From Oculatellaceae cyanobacterium bins.114 (GTDB taxonomy: Bacteria > Cyanobacteriota > Cyanobacteriia > Elainellales > Elainellaceae), in contig JANRJA010000222.1 of NCBI GenBank assembly GCA_033764315.1, forward strand, positions 1-64,000: DNA of 64,000 nucleotides, given 5' to 3'. A model generated the notes under the pieces. The model searched no databases and was not told the DNA's origin. It saw only the letters and a program-made list of their open reading frames with translations. Below are positions 42,820-52,888 of this stretch, one piece after another; the stretch's first letter is position 1, and each line of letters starts with the position of its first letter. The translations under genes and the position numbers were made by a program.

Positions 42820-44835
42820 GTGAGAATTTTGTTAATAGAGGATGATGAAAAACTCGCTTATCTATTGCAAAAAACATTAGCTCGCCAGCAATATCAGGTT
42901 GATTTGGCGTTGGATGGTCAACAGGGGTGGAACTTGATTGAAGCCCTACCCTATGACCTCATCGTTATGGACATTGTCTTACCTAAGCTAGATGGTATTA
43001 GCTTTTGTAAACAACTGCGATCGAGTTGTTTTGTCGATCAATCGCTCAATCAAGAAACCCCCATTTTATTAATGACAGCCCTAGATACAGCCACCAATCG
43101 AGTCATTGGTTTAGATGCTGGGGCAGACGATTACATCGTCAAACCTCTTGACCTGGAGGAATTGCAAGCCCGAGTTCGGGCTTTAGGACGCCGGAGACAA
43201 GTGCAGCGATCGCCCCAATTAAAGTGGGGAGCACTCTGCCTCTATCCTAAAAACTGCGATGTCACCTGTCACGGTAAATCGATTGTCTTAACGCTAAAAG
43301 AATATCAACTCCTAGAGCTATTTCTGCGGCACCCCAATCAAATTTTTAGTCAAAGCAGTTTAATTGAACATCTGTGGGGACTGCATGAGACCCCAACCGA
43401 AAATGCAGTGCGGGCACAAATTAAGGGGCTACGGCAGAAGCTCAAACAGGCAGGAGCAGGAGATTTGATTGAGACGCTCTATAAATTAGGATATCGCCTA
43501 CGACGACCGCATGATCAAGCCGATAGCCAGGATCTGGTTGTTCAAGTGCCTGCGGTCGAACAGTACGCTGCAACCGATCAGATTTCGGTGTCTCCACAAC
43601 CAACGGTGCCCTTAGAGTTGTGGGAGGTCTGGAAAGAGTGCCAAACGGCTTACTGCGATCGCTTAGAAATTATTGAATCTGCCATCACTGCTCTGCAAGG
43701 TGGATCGTTAACCGCCACTCTTCAGCAACAAGCCACCCAAGAAGCTCATACTCTGATTGGCTCATTGGGCAGTTTTGGCTTAGACCGAGCCTCACAACTG
43801 GCTCGTCACATTCAACAGACGCTCAAACAAAACGAGCTAACCCCGTCAAATATCAAGTACTTAACCCAATTAAGTAGGGCACTGCGACAAGAGATGGGGT
43901 GTGTCAGTCACACAGACGAAGCCAATGTAGACGAAGCCGATGTAGAGGTTAGCAGTTCTGCTTCTGCGATCTCCGTTAGCATTGCGGTGCCTGTTGCCAC
44001 TGGCTCGACTCTGCTGATCATAGATGATACGGATTTTGCCAATCAGTTGATGACAGAAGCGATCGCCTGGAATGTTCGAGCGATCGTAGCTCCTATGCAC
44101 AGCCAAGCCCGAAAAGTGATTTTAAAGGAGCAACCCCATGCCGTCATACTCCGTTTTAAGGCAACGAATGCCGAGGAAAGTACATTGGCTTTTTTGGCAG
44201 AGTTACAAAACTGGTGTCCAGAAATCCCAGTGTTGGTTCTAACATCCCCGATTGATCTGACGAGTCGAGTGCAGTTGTCTCGCTTAGGCTGCAATGGGGT
44301 GTTACAACAGCCAATTTCTCCTCGTCAGGTTTTGTTAGCAGTAGTTCAAGCCTTACAACCTCAACCAACCCATTTCAAAAGCCTCATTGTCAGCAAACAT
44401 CCCCCTCTATCCGGAATGTTGCGCCAACTGTTAGAGCCGGCGGGCTATCAACTGACTGTGACAGACAACCTTCAGCAGTTTTGGCAGATGCTAGAGCAAA
44501 CCCATCCAAATCTATTAATTTTGGAAACAGAATATTCTAGTCCTGCTCTGTCTCCGATCCACTCAATGCTGGAAGTCACCAGCTTTGACCTCTGTCAGAC
44601 CGTTCGACGTGATCTTCGTTGGAGACAACTTCCTATAATATTTCTATCAACCCAGCATGAGCCACATCTGATTGAACGTGGCTTAAAAGTTGGGGCAGAT
44701 GATGTTTTGTGTCAAGCGATCGCGCCCACCGAGTTGTTAGCGAGAGTGCAAAATCGATTAGAGCGAAGTCAAATACAACAATATGCCGTTTTAGATGCAT
44801 CTATATCTGAGCACTCTTTGATAGAGTCACCTTAA
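42820..44835 (+). CDS. Multidomain OmpR-type response regulator REC-wHTH-Hpt-degenerate REC x2 (RcaC-like architecture)
   Basis: VMDIVLP receiver; LTLKEYQLLELF...VRAQIKGLRQKL...ETLYKLGYRL winged helix; Hpt EAHTLIGSLGSFG. Confidence 0.92.
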   Translation: MRILLIEDDEKLAYLLQKTLARQQYQVDLALDGQQGWNLIEALPYDLIVMDIVLPKLDGISFCKQLRSSCFVDQSLNQETPILLMTALDTATNRVIGLDAGADDYIVKPLDLEELQARVRALGRRRQVQRSPQLKWGALCLYPKNCDVTCHGKSIVLTLKEYQLLELFLRHPNQIFSQSSLIEHLWGLHETPTENAVRAQIKGLRQKLKQAGAGDLIETLYKLGYRLRRPHDQADSQDLVVQVPAVEQYAATDQISVSPQPTVPLELWEVWKECQTAYCDRLEIIESAITALQGGSLTATLQQQATQEAHTLIGSLGSFGLDRASQLARHIQQTLKQNELTPSNIKYLTQLSRALRQEMGCVSHTDEANVDEADVEVSSSASAISVSIAVPVATGSTLLIIDDTDFANQLMTEAIAWNVRAIVAPMHSQARKVILKEQPHAVILRFKATNAEESTLAFLAELQNWCPEIPVLVLTSPIDLTSRVQLSRLGCNGVLQQPISPRQVLLAVVQALQPQPTHFKSLIVSKHPPLSGMLRQLLEPAGYQLTVTDNLQQFWQMLEQTHPNLLILETEYSSPALSPIHSMLEVTSFDLCQTVRRDLRWRQLPIIFLSTQHEPHLIERGLKVGADDVLCQAIAPTELLARVQNRLERSQIQQYAVLDASISEHSLIESP

Positions 44836-44930
44836 GCGATTGACGTGAAATCTATTGATGGACGTTGAATGGGTTGCGGAGATGTTAAATCGACATCATC
44901 CATAACAAAGAATTATTAGAGCCTAGCATC

Positions 44931-47750
44931 ATGACGGATTGTGATCAAACAAAGGAGCAATTAATTGCAGAGATAGCCGCTTTGAGGGCTGAAAATATGG
45001 CTCTGAAAAAGGCTTGCGATCAAAAATCTCTACGAGAAGCGACTTTAAGGGAACGTGCAATTCAATTTCACCAGTTGGCTGAACATTTTAATGAAGTTTT
45101 TTACCTCTACACCTTAGATTACAGTCAACTCCTCTACATCAACCCGGCCTATGAAACGGTTTGGCAGCGATCGTGCCAAAGTCTCTATGCCCACCCTCTG
45201 GAATTTGTAGAGAGCATTCACCCAGATGATCGCGATCGCATTGAGATAGAAATGCAGCCCTTGATTGAAGGAGTTTCAGACTTTCGTGGGGAATATCGAA
45301 TTATCCGCCCTGATGGTAGCGAACGCTGGATCTATGACCGCACCTTTTATATTTATGACGAAGCTGGAAACCCAACCCAAGTCGCTGGTATAGCCACCGA
45401 TATCACCGATCGCAAACAGGCAGAACTGGCCCTCCAACAACTCAACACAGAGCTTGAACAGCGGGTCATTGAACGCACTGCCGAGTTAACCCAAGTCAAC
45501 GCTCGTCTGCACCAAGAGTTGGGTGAGCGAGAACGAACTCAACAAGCCTTGAAAGCCAGCCAGCACAAATATCAAACCTTATTTAACATTTTGCCGATTG
45601 GCATTTCGATTACCGATGCACAGGGGCGTCTGATTGAGGCAAACCCAGCTTCGGAGAGAATTTTGGGATTAACCTATGATGAACAGGTGCAACGCACCTA
45701 TGATGCGGCGGATTGGCACATTATTCGGATGGATGGTACACTCATGCCTGCTGAGGAATATGCCAGTGTGCGAGCCCTCCGGGAAAATTGCTTCATTGAT
45801 GATGTGGAAAAAGGGGTGGTGCAACCGAATGGCAGTATTTGTTGGATCAGTGTCAGTGCGGCTCCCATTCCCTTAGACGACTATGGAGTTGTGATTGCCT
45901 ATGTTGATATCACCGATCGCAAACGGGCAGAAGCTTCACTACAAGCCAGTGAAGCCCGACTTAGATTTGCTCTAGAGGCATCAGGGGCGATCGCCTGGGA
46001 ACGAAATTTGCAAACCGATGAGTTGTTTTTTACCGCGACCACGACTGAGGCAATTCCCTTTACCCTGTCCTATACCGATGCCTTGGCTCAGGTTCATCCA
46101 GACGATCGCGATCGCGTCCACCAAGCCAATCAAGTGGCGATCGCTCACCAGGGTTCTTTTCAGATCGAACATCGGATTGCCGCCTCAGACCACTCTTCAG
46201 GTTGGCGATGGTTACAAGCCAATGCCAGGGTTTTATACGACAAACAGGGTAATCCTGACCGTTTAATTGGGATGTCAGTGGATATAACCACTCTCAAACA
46301 AGTTGAAGCTGCTCTGCAAGCGAGTGAAGCACAGACCAGAGCTGTTTTGACAGCCATTCCCGATCTAATCGTGCTGATCAGCCGCGATGGCATCTATCTA
46401 GACTCCATTCGCAGTAGCTCTCTGATGGATCTGATTTCAACCCATACCAATCCGATTGGCAAACACATTTATGAACTGCTTCCAAGAGCGATCGCCGAGC
46501 GTGAACTGCAAGCCATTCACCAGGCTTTAACCACTCAAGAACCCCAGATTTATGAACAACAAGTCTGGATTGGGGAGCGATTGCAATATGAAGAAATACG
46601 CATCGTAGCCTGTGGAGATAACACTGCGTTAATTATTGTTCGAGATATCAGCGATCGCAAACAAGCCGAGTTGACGTTGCAAGAATCAAATCGACGCTGG
46701 CAGTCCCTGCTCGACACGATCGAACTTGCTGTGATCGAACTGGATCGCCACGGCACCATTGAATATGCCAATCCCTTTTTACTGAACTTGATGGGGTATA
46801 CCCAGTCGGAAGTGATTGGGCAGTCCTGGTTTGACCAGTTTGTGCCCTCTTACATCAAACCTGAGGTGATTCAGGTGTTATCTGAAATGTTGGCTCAAAC
46901 CTCTACCTACGTTCACCATCAAAATCCCATCCTTACTAAATCGGGTGAAGAACGGATGATTGCCTGGAACAACACCTTATTGAAAGATACAAATGGTGCG
47001 CTCATTGGCACGATTAGTATTGGCGAAGACATTACCGATCGCGATCGCTTAGAGCAAATGAAACGCGAATTTGTTTCAGTCGTCAGCCATGAACTGCGGA
47101 CTCCGCTCACCTCTATGCAAGCTGCCCTTAGCCTGTTAGCTGAGCGCATTGTTGATCCAGCTTCTGAAGACGGACAGAGTGTGATTCAAATTGCAGCTGA
47201 AGGCGTCGATCGCCTGGTGCGTCTGGTAAATGACATTCTAGATTTAGAACGGTTAGAGTCAGGCAAGGTTCGCTTAGAGAAACAAACGTGTGACATCGCT
47301 CAGTTAATGACACGGGCAAGCGAGGAGATGCACGAGTTGGCAAAACAAGCAGGTATCACCCTCAAGGTGACACCACAAACCTGTTCAGTCTATGCAGATG
47401 GCGATCGCATTGTCCAAGTTCTCATCAACTTACTAAGCAATGCTATTAAATTTTCCTCAAGCGGCACAGTCGTCCAACTGACGGTTGCCCAACATGAAAA
47501 AGAACTGTACTTCACAGTCACAGATCAGGGGCGTGGGATACCGCTTGACAAACTCGACTACATTTTTGAACGGTTTCACCAGATCGATGCTTCTGACTCG
47601 CGAGCCAAAGGGGGCACTGGCTTGGGTTTGGCAATCTGTCGTAGCATTGTGCAACAACATGGGGGACGCATTTGGGCAGAAAGCGTTTTAGGCGCAGGCA
47701 GCGCATTTCATTTCACATTGCCCTATGCTGAAAGGTTATCCGATGGTTAA
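44931..47750 (+). CDS. Multi-PAS sensor histidine kinase
   Basis: Repeated HPDDRDR / DITDRK PAS-PAC units; [22 protein letters not shown]. Confidence 0.95.
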   Translation: MTDCDQTKEQLIAEIAALRAENMALKKACDQKSLREATLRERAIQFHQLAEHFNEVFYLYTLDYSQLLYINPAYETVWQRSCQSLYAHPLEFVESIHPDDRDRIEIEMQPLIEGVSDFRGEYRIIRPDGSERWIYDRTFYIYDEAGNPTQVAGIATDITDRKQAELALQQLNTELEQRVIERTAELTQVNARLHQELGERERTQQALKASQHKYQTLFNILPIGISITDAQGRLIEANPASERILGLTYDEQVQRTYDAADWHIIRMDGTLMPAEEYASVRALRENCFIDDVEKGVVQPNGSICWISVSAAPIPLDDYGVVIAYVDITDRKRAEASLQASEARLRFALEASGAIAWERNLQTDELFFTATTTEAIPFTLSYTDALAQVHPDDRDRVHQANQVAIAHQGSFQIEHRIAASDHSSGWRWLQANARVLYDKQGNPDRLIGMSVDITTLKQVEAALQASEAQTRAVLTAIPDLIVLISRDGIYLDSIRSSSLMDLISTHTNPIGKHIYELLPRAIAERELQAIHQALTTQEPQIYEQQVWIGERLQYEEIRIVACGDNTALIIVRDISDRKQAELTLQESNRRWQSLLDTIELAVIELDRHGTIEYANPFLLNLMGYTQSEVIGQSWFDQFVPSYIKPEVIQVLSEMLAQTSTYVHHQNPILTKSGEERMIAWNNTLLKDTNGALIGTISIGEDITDRDRLEQMKREFVSVVSHELRTPLTSMQAALSLLAERIVDPASEDGQSVIQIAAEGVDRLVRLVNDILDLERLESGKVRLEKQTCDIAQLMTRASEEMHELAKQAGITLKVTPQTCSVYADGDRIVQVLINLLSNAIKFSSSGTVVQLTVAQHEKELYFTVTDQGRGIPLDKLDYIFERFHQIDASDSRAKGGTGLGLAICRSIVQQHGGRIWAESVLGAGSAFHFTLPYAERLSDG

Positions 47751-48117
47751 GCGAGTACTGATTATTGATGACGAACCCGGAATTCGTAAGATTGTTCAAA
47801 TTTCTCTCAAGGCGATCGCTGGATGGGAGGTGTTGCAAGCCGCATCGGGTCAAGAGGGGATAGCGATCGCTCAGACTCAACACCCCGACGCCATCTTGCT
47901 CGACGTGATGATGCCAGGATTAGATGGCATCGCGACCTTTCAACAAATCCACACCAATTTAGCCTTGCAAAATATTCCCGTCATTCTGCTCACGGCTAAA
48001 GCTCAACCCAATGAACAACAACAGTTTGCCGAGTTGCAAATCGCAGGAATTATTACGAAGCCCTTTAAAGCTCCCGACTTAGTTCATCAGCTGCGACAAA
48101 TTTTGGAATGGGACTGA
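47743..48117 (+). CDS. Single-domain response regulator
   Basis: IIDDE, ILLDVMMP, LTAK, TKPF. ATG at 47743 overlaps the upstream gene end. Confidence 0.93.
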   Translation: MVKRVLIIDDEPGIRKIVQISLKAIAGWEVLQAASGQEGIAIAQTQHPDAILLDVMMPGLDGIATFQQIHTNLALQNIPVILLTAKAQPNEQQQFAELQIAGIITKPFKAPDLVHQLRQILEWD

Positions 48118-48293
48118 TGTAAATCTTGCTTCATATTCACAAAATATTCATAAATCTTATCTAAATTTAGGATGGCTCAAATCAAGAATACGTCCCTGAG
48201 AGATACATGGTTGCAAGGGACTATCCGGTGAGTGAGCCAGTGAGTACTATTTCCTGGAGTTTCGACTTCAGGAATTTCCTCTCTTTTATCCTG

Positions 48294-48375
48294 TAGCGAC
48301 TGAAGAGTTGACGAGGACGGGGTGCAGAGGTGGAGCCTCCACATCCCCCTCGTATCAACTGTCTTGATAGTGGCT
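48294..48375 (-). repeat. Family E MITE-like repeat, internally deleted copy
   Basis: Reverse complement aligns by eye with 2239-2358. Confidence 0.6.
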
Positions 48376-48411
48376 CTAAGTTAAATAATCGACCCATTTT
48401 TTCGACCGACC

Positions 48412-48855
48412 ATGCCTACCATCCTGCTGATAGAAGCTAGTGATATGACTTGCTCATCAACAAGTACCCCATTAGAGAAGGCTGGGTTTGATGTGATTGA
48501 GTCTCGAAATGGCAGTTACGCCCTCCAGGTTCTAAAAAATCTAAAACCTGATTTGGTCATCTGCAACACCCAACTTCCTGATATGAGTGGCTATGAGGTG
48601 TTAACAATATTACGAAATACCCCTTCTACTCATCGGGTTCCGTGTATTCTCTGCTCAACCAGTATTAGTTATGCCGAATGTCGAAAAGCGATGCAACTGG
48701 GAGCTAACGATTTGCTGCAAGACCCAATTCAACTTGAAGAATTGCTGGAAGCCATCCTATTGCAAATCACAGAATTTAAGACAATCGCCCCAACTGGCTT
48801 TGCATCTCTGCGGGAAATAGCGACTCTAAAGCGACCGGGAATTTTTGGAGTTTAG
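48412..48855 (+). CDS. Atypical (pseudo-)receiver protein
   Basis: Receiver-fold pattern, but PDLVICNTQLP has Asn at the phospho-Asp position and LQDPI replaces the KP motif. Confidence 0.8.
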   Translation: MPTILLIEASDMTCSSTSTPLEKAGFDVIESRNGSYALQVLKNLKPDLVICNTQLPDMSGYEVLTILRNTPSTHRVPCILCSTSISYAECRKAMQLGANDLLQDPIQLEELLEAILLQITEFKTIAPTGFASLREIATLKRPGIFGV

Positions 48856-49075
48856 TGATCAACCTATGTGAGTGCAGCGTTATCAAGGGCTATGTGTCAC
48901 TAGCCAAATTGCTTAAAGCCAGAGATCAACTTGATTGAAATCATTACCCAACATTGGTCTGAAAAGTTAATATCTTGGGGATTGATTTATAATCAACATT
49001 TCTACTTTAGTAACGATGGATCCCTTGTCTTTGACTCTCCTGATGCACAATCTCTCATCACAAACATAGCGGGTA

Positions 49076-49169
49076 TATAGCAATCCCAAATGGGTTGTGA
49101 GAAGCGCACCCCATTGGGGTGCGCTTCTCACAACACCCTAATTTCACAAATGATTTAGGACTGCTATAG
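49076..49169. mobile_element. Family B MITE, inverted, with internal perfect 20-bp palindrome
   Basis: tatagcaatcccaaa...tttaggactgctata ends; gttgtgagaagcgcacccca-t-tggggtgcgcttctcacaac at 49094-49134. Confidence 0.8.
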
Positions 49170-49453
49170 ACAGTCAAACAACGCTAGGCATCATTTCTGT
49201 TTTAGAGAACATCAAAGCTACTGGAGATAGCTGAGCCTACAAAAGAGTTAGGCTGACAATCTGGTAAAGTACTCCTGGCAAAAAGAGGTGTTACTTTGTT
49301 TCCTGAAGTTGACTCGTATAGCCAATTGAAGTAATTTTAACCGGATAGATAAAATTAGAATTTCTTATGCAAGAATATTTTTTGGCTGTCAATAGCTCAT
49401 AACACCATTATCCTTAAATTAGGGCTATTAATGAAGCGTGGATCCTATTCACT

Positions 49454-51193
49454 ATGAAAACCGGGAATCATTCTTGGGCAATAGAACCAGGTGAGAATGT
49501 CTTGGTGCTTGTAGTAGACGATGATTGCGGCTTACGACAACTACTGCGGAAGAAACTGGAGGCAGAAGGGTATCAAGTTATTGAAGCCGTCAATGGAAAA
49601 CAAGCCATTGAACTGTGCCAGCGCGATCGCCCTGAGTTGGTTTTACTAGATGCTGTGATGCCTGTAATGGATGGGTTTACCTGCTGTCAACAGCTCTCAA
49701 ATGCTGATTTAGGCTATACCCCTCTGCTATTGATCATCACTGTTTTAGAAGATGAAGCATCGATTCATCAGGCATTTCAAGCTGGGGCAGATGACTTTGT
49801 TACAAAACCGATTAATTGGGTCATTCTCAAGCAACGGGTTCGCAAACTGATTCAACAAGCTCGTCTGATGCAACAGGTGCGGCGATATAACGATGACCTT
49901 GAACAATATGCTGAAAAGTGCAATTTGATGTTGCGTCAGCAAACGGCTCAACTGGTTAAAGGACTGGAATTTGAATCGGCTTTAAAGCGCATTACCGATA
50001 AAGTGCGTAGCTCTTTAAATGAAGATCAGATTTTGCAGACAGCCGTTCAAGAGTTGGCTTGGACATTAGAAGTAGAGTGCTGTAATGCCAGTGTTTATAA
50101 CGATAAAGAGAAAACAGCTCATGTCTGCTACGAATACAGTGTCTCTATCCCAGGCTATCTCAATCGAGTGCTCAACTTAGAAGATTTTCCTGAAATTTAT
50201 CAACCTCTATTGGCAAATGAACCTGTTCAATTTTGCTCAACATTAATACATGAAGTCAGAGGTCGAGTGGCCCTGTTTGCATTTCCTATTTTTAATGGAC
50301 ATGCTGTGGGTGACTTATGGTTGATTTGTGAGAGCGATCGCGTTTTAGAAGATTTAGAAATCCGGTTAGTGCAACAGGTCGCCAACCAATGTGCGATCGC
50401 CATCCGGCAAGCACGGCTTTATCAAGAAGCGCAAAATCAGCTACAAACTCTGGAACACCTCAATCGCTTAAAAGATGATTTTTTGAGCACGGTTTCTCAT
50501 GAATTGCGGACTCCTCTGACGAGTATGCGACTGTCTATTCAGTTGCTCGAACGCTTAATTCGAGAGAGCAATGCATTTGAGGGATTACATCCCGCTCTGA
50601 CCAGGCGTTTAGCCAAAAGTGAAACTTACGTCAAAATTCTTCAGATTGAGTGCGAGCGAGAGATTGGCTTAGTCAACGATTTATTAGACTTACAACGCCT
50701 GGAAACCAATCAAGTATCGCTGAATTTAGTTGCGATCGATTTAACCACTTGGTTGCCTCAGGTTATCAAAGAACTTGACATTCAAGTACAAAATCGACAG
50801 CAAACTCTACACATTAACCTGACAGATCCTCTACCCTCGTTGCAGTCTGATCCTACTTATTTAAAACGGATTTTGTTTGAGTTGATCAACAATGCCCACA
50901 AGCATTCACCCGAAGGAGCATCCATCACTGTCGCTGCAACGGTTGAGAACACACAATTACGGTTGAGCATCACCAACACAGGGGTCGAAATTCCTCTGCA
51001 CGAGCGAGAACGAATTTTTGATAAGTTCTATCGGGCGATGGGGAACGATCCCTGGAAGCAAGGCGGAACTGGGCTGGGGCTATCTCTGGTCAAACGATTA
51101 GTCAAACGTTTGGGAGGCACTGTTGAGGTAACGGGCGAGATGGGGCAAACGTGTTTTATCGTTGAACTGCCTCTATCAGCCCCCTCAGTTTAA
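49454..51193 (+). CDS. REC-GAF-histidine kinase
   Basis: LLDAVMP receiver; GAF (ILQTAVQEL...QVANQCAIAI); [15 protein letters not shown]. Confidence 0.95.
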   Translation: MKTGNHSWAIEPGENVLVLVVDDDCGLRQLLRKKLEAEGYQVIEAVNGKQAIELCQRDRPELVLLDAVMPVMDGFTCCQQLSNADLGYTPLLLIITVLEDEASIHQAFQAGADDFVTKPINWVILKQRVRKLIQQARLMQQVRRYNDDLEQYAEKCNLMLRQQTAQLVKGLEFESALKRITDKVRSSLNEDQILQTAVQELAWTLEVECCNASVYNDKEKTAHVCYEYSVSIPGYLNRVLNLEDFPEIYQPLLANEPVQFCSTLIHEVRGRVALFAFPIFNGHAVGDLWLICESDRVLEDLEIRLVQQVANQCAIAIRQARLYQEAQNQLQTLEHLNRLKDDFLSTVSHELRTPLTSMRLSIQLLERLIRESNAFEGLHPALTRRLAKSETYVKILQIECEREIGLVNDLLDLQRLETNQVSLNLVAIDLTTWLPQVIKELDIQVQNRQQTLHINLTDPLPSLQSDPTYLKRILFELINNAHKHSPEGASITVAATVENTQLRLSITNTGVEIPLHERERIFDKFYRAMGNDPWKQGGTGLGLSLVKRLVKRLGGTVEVTGEMGQTCFIVELPLSAPSV

Positions 51194-52239
51194 ACTCGAA
51201 CATCAACAGGGTTGCCTTTGATCCAGGTACTTAAGTCGCGATCGCTCTGAGCCACATTAAACATGTGCAAGCCAAAATCTTTAGATAAATCATGACAGAC
51301 CTGAATACCACGAACACTGTTGCCTTTATCATCTAAACGGGGTGAGAAGATGCCGATGCCCAACTGACCTGGTACAACTGCCGTAATTCCTCCGCCTACG
51401 CCACTCTTAGCTGGAATGCCCACTCGACAGGCCCACTCGCCAGAGTAGTCATACATGCCAGCGGTTAACATGACACTCATGACATCTTGTACATACTGTT
51501 CATCGATTGCCCGTTCTTGAGTGATCGGGTTAACCCCTCCATTGGCAAGGGTGGCTGCCATGATGGCTAAATCACGAGCCGTGATCAAAATAGAACACTG
51601 CTGAAAATAGAGATCGAGGGTTTCTTCCAAATTGTCTGTCACTATGCCAAAGTTCAAAAGCAAAAATGCCATTGCTCGATTGCGATGTCCGGTTGCTTTT
51701 TCTGACAAAAACACAGGCATGCTGATGTCGTGGTTGTGTCCGGTATAACGTTTAAATGTGTCGAGAATACGCTTGAGGCGATCGGTAGAGTGTTGACCTT
51801 TGATCAAACTGGTGATGGCGATCGCTCCGCCATTCACCATTGGGTTATGGGGACGATTGGTTTTTTCGTCTAACATAATGGCGTTAAAAGCCTCACCTGT
51901 CGGTTCTAACCCAACTTTGGTGCTGACGTAGTCTCGCCCGTGGTCTTCGAGTGCCAACCCATAGACAAAGGCTTTAGAGATGGCCTGACTTGTAAAGAGG
52001 GTCGTGCTATCCCCCACCTCAAAAATTTGCCCATCTGTCGTAACGGCAGCAATTCCAAACCAGTTGGGATCGGCGAGGGCTAATTCTGGAATGTAATTAG
52101 CAACTACCCCATCCGTTAAGGGTTGATATTTCTCGTGTAACTCATACAAATATTGACGAAATGGGGAAGTAACAGCCGTGATAGAACTGGTCAGAGAGTG
52201 AAGATTATCAAAATGGCTCATGGCTCTCTCCTGATCCAT
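51190..52239 (-). CDS. glsA: Glutaminase-family protein with catalytic Ser replaced by Ala
   Basis: VANYIPELA, EPTGEAFN, NPMVNGGAI, YFQQCS, GMYDYSG, PAKSGVGGG are present; the SxxK motif reads QAISK. Start at 52239 or 52221. Confidence 0.9.
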   Translation of the reverse strand: MDQERAMSHFDNLHSLTSSITAVTSPFRQYLYELHEKYQPLTDGVVANYIPELALADPNWFGIAAVTTDGQIFEVGDSTTLFTSQAISKAFVYGLALEDHGRDYVSTKVGLEPTGEAFNAIMLDEKTNRPHNPMVNGGAIAITSLIKGQHSTDRLKRILDTFKRYTGHNHDISMPVFLSEKATGHRNRAMAFLLLNFGIVTDNLEETLDLYFQQCSILITARDLAIMAATLANGGVNPITQERAIDEQYVQDVMSVMLTAGMYDYSGEWACRVGIPAKSGVGGGITAVVPGQLGIGIFSPRLDDKGNSVRGIQVCHDLSKDFGLHMFNVAQSDRDLSTWIKGNPVDVRV

Positions 52240-52447
52240 TGAAAGCGAGTAGTTAACAATTGCACAGGCATCCCTCTTAAAGCAGCTCAGTTGTCTTTTG
52301 CACCATCTTTTGCATTACTTTTTGCATCAGGATGGCGATCGCTTGTCCCACGCAAGACAGCCATTCATAAACAACAGTACCTAGACTAAGGGCAACTTGT
52401 AGAACTGTACTGTCTTCATTTAGACCAACAGAGAAAAATCATTACTG

Positions 52448-52480
52448 ATACTTAAACTTGCATACTTAAACTTGCATACT
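52448..52480. repeat. Tandem 14-bp repeat (atacttaaacttgc, two copies plus partial)
   Basis: Exact duplication seen in the sequence. Confidence 0.8.
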
Positions 52481-52543
52481 CATCTGATGCTTAGCACTCA
52501 TCTCACCTGGCTGCTGAGTTGCATTGAGAAAATACAAAACCTA

Positions 52544-52653
52544 CCCTATGTGCGACTATTCCAGATCCCCGGTTTCTAGGGATGCAACGAGGCACCTTTC
52601 AGTCAGATCTAACGAGAAACCGGGGATCTAAACCCCTAAATTGCACATCGCGT
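52544..52653 (-). repeat. Family C MITE-like repeat, copy 2
   Basis: Reverse complement matches the ends of 605-713; internal IR agatccccggtttct...agaaaccggggatct. Confidence 0.75.
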
Positions 52654-52888
52654 AAAACCTATAACAGGCGGTGTTGCTGAGCAAATGTCTGAATTCCTCA
52701 GGGCGTTTCGCAAAATGCCGTTACTATCACGATTAACGTCTACAACCGGATCTAAGATAACCGTGCAAAGGATGGAGATGTGGTGCACCGCTTCTGAGAG
52801 ATGACAATTCGTCTGCCTGGATACAATTCGACAAAATTTTGTACCTTAGAATACACTCGACTAACCCAAATTACTGAGATGGGTATTA

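Noticed and set aside
33472-44835. Calling these genes rcaE/rcaF/rcaC or ccaS/ccaR
   Set aside because: Domain order and kinase subtype differ from RcaE/CcaS, and there are no phycobilisome genes or clear L-box/G-box, so only the resemblance is reported.
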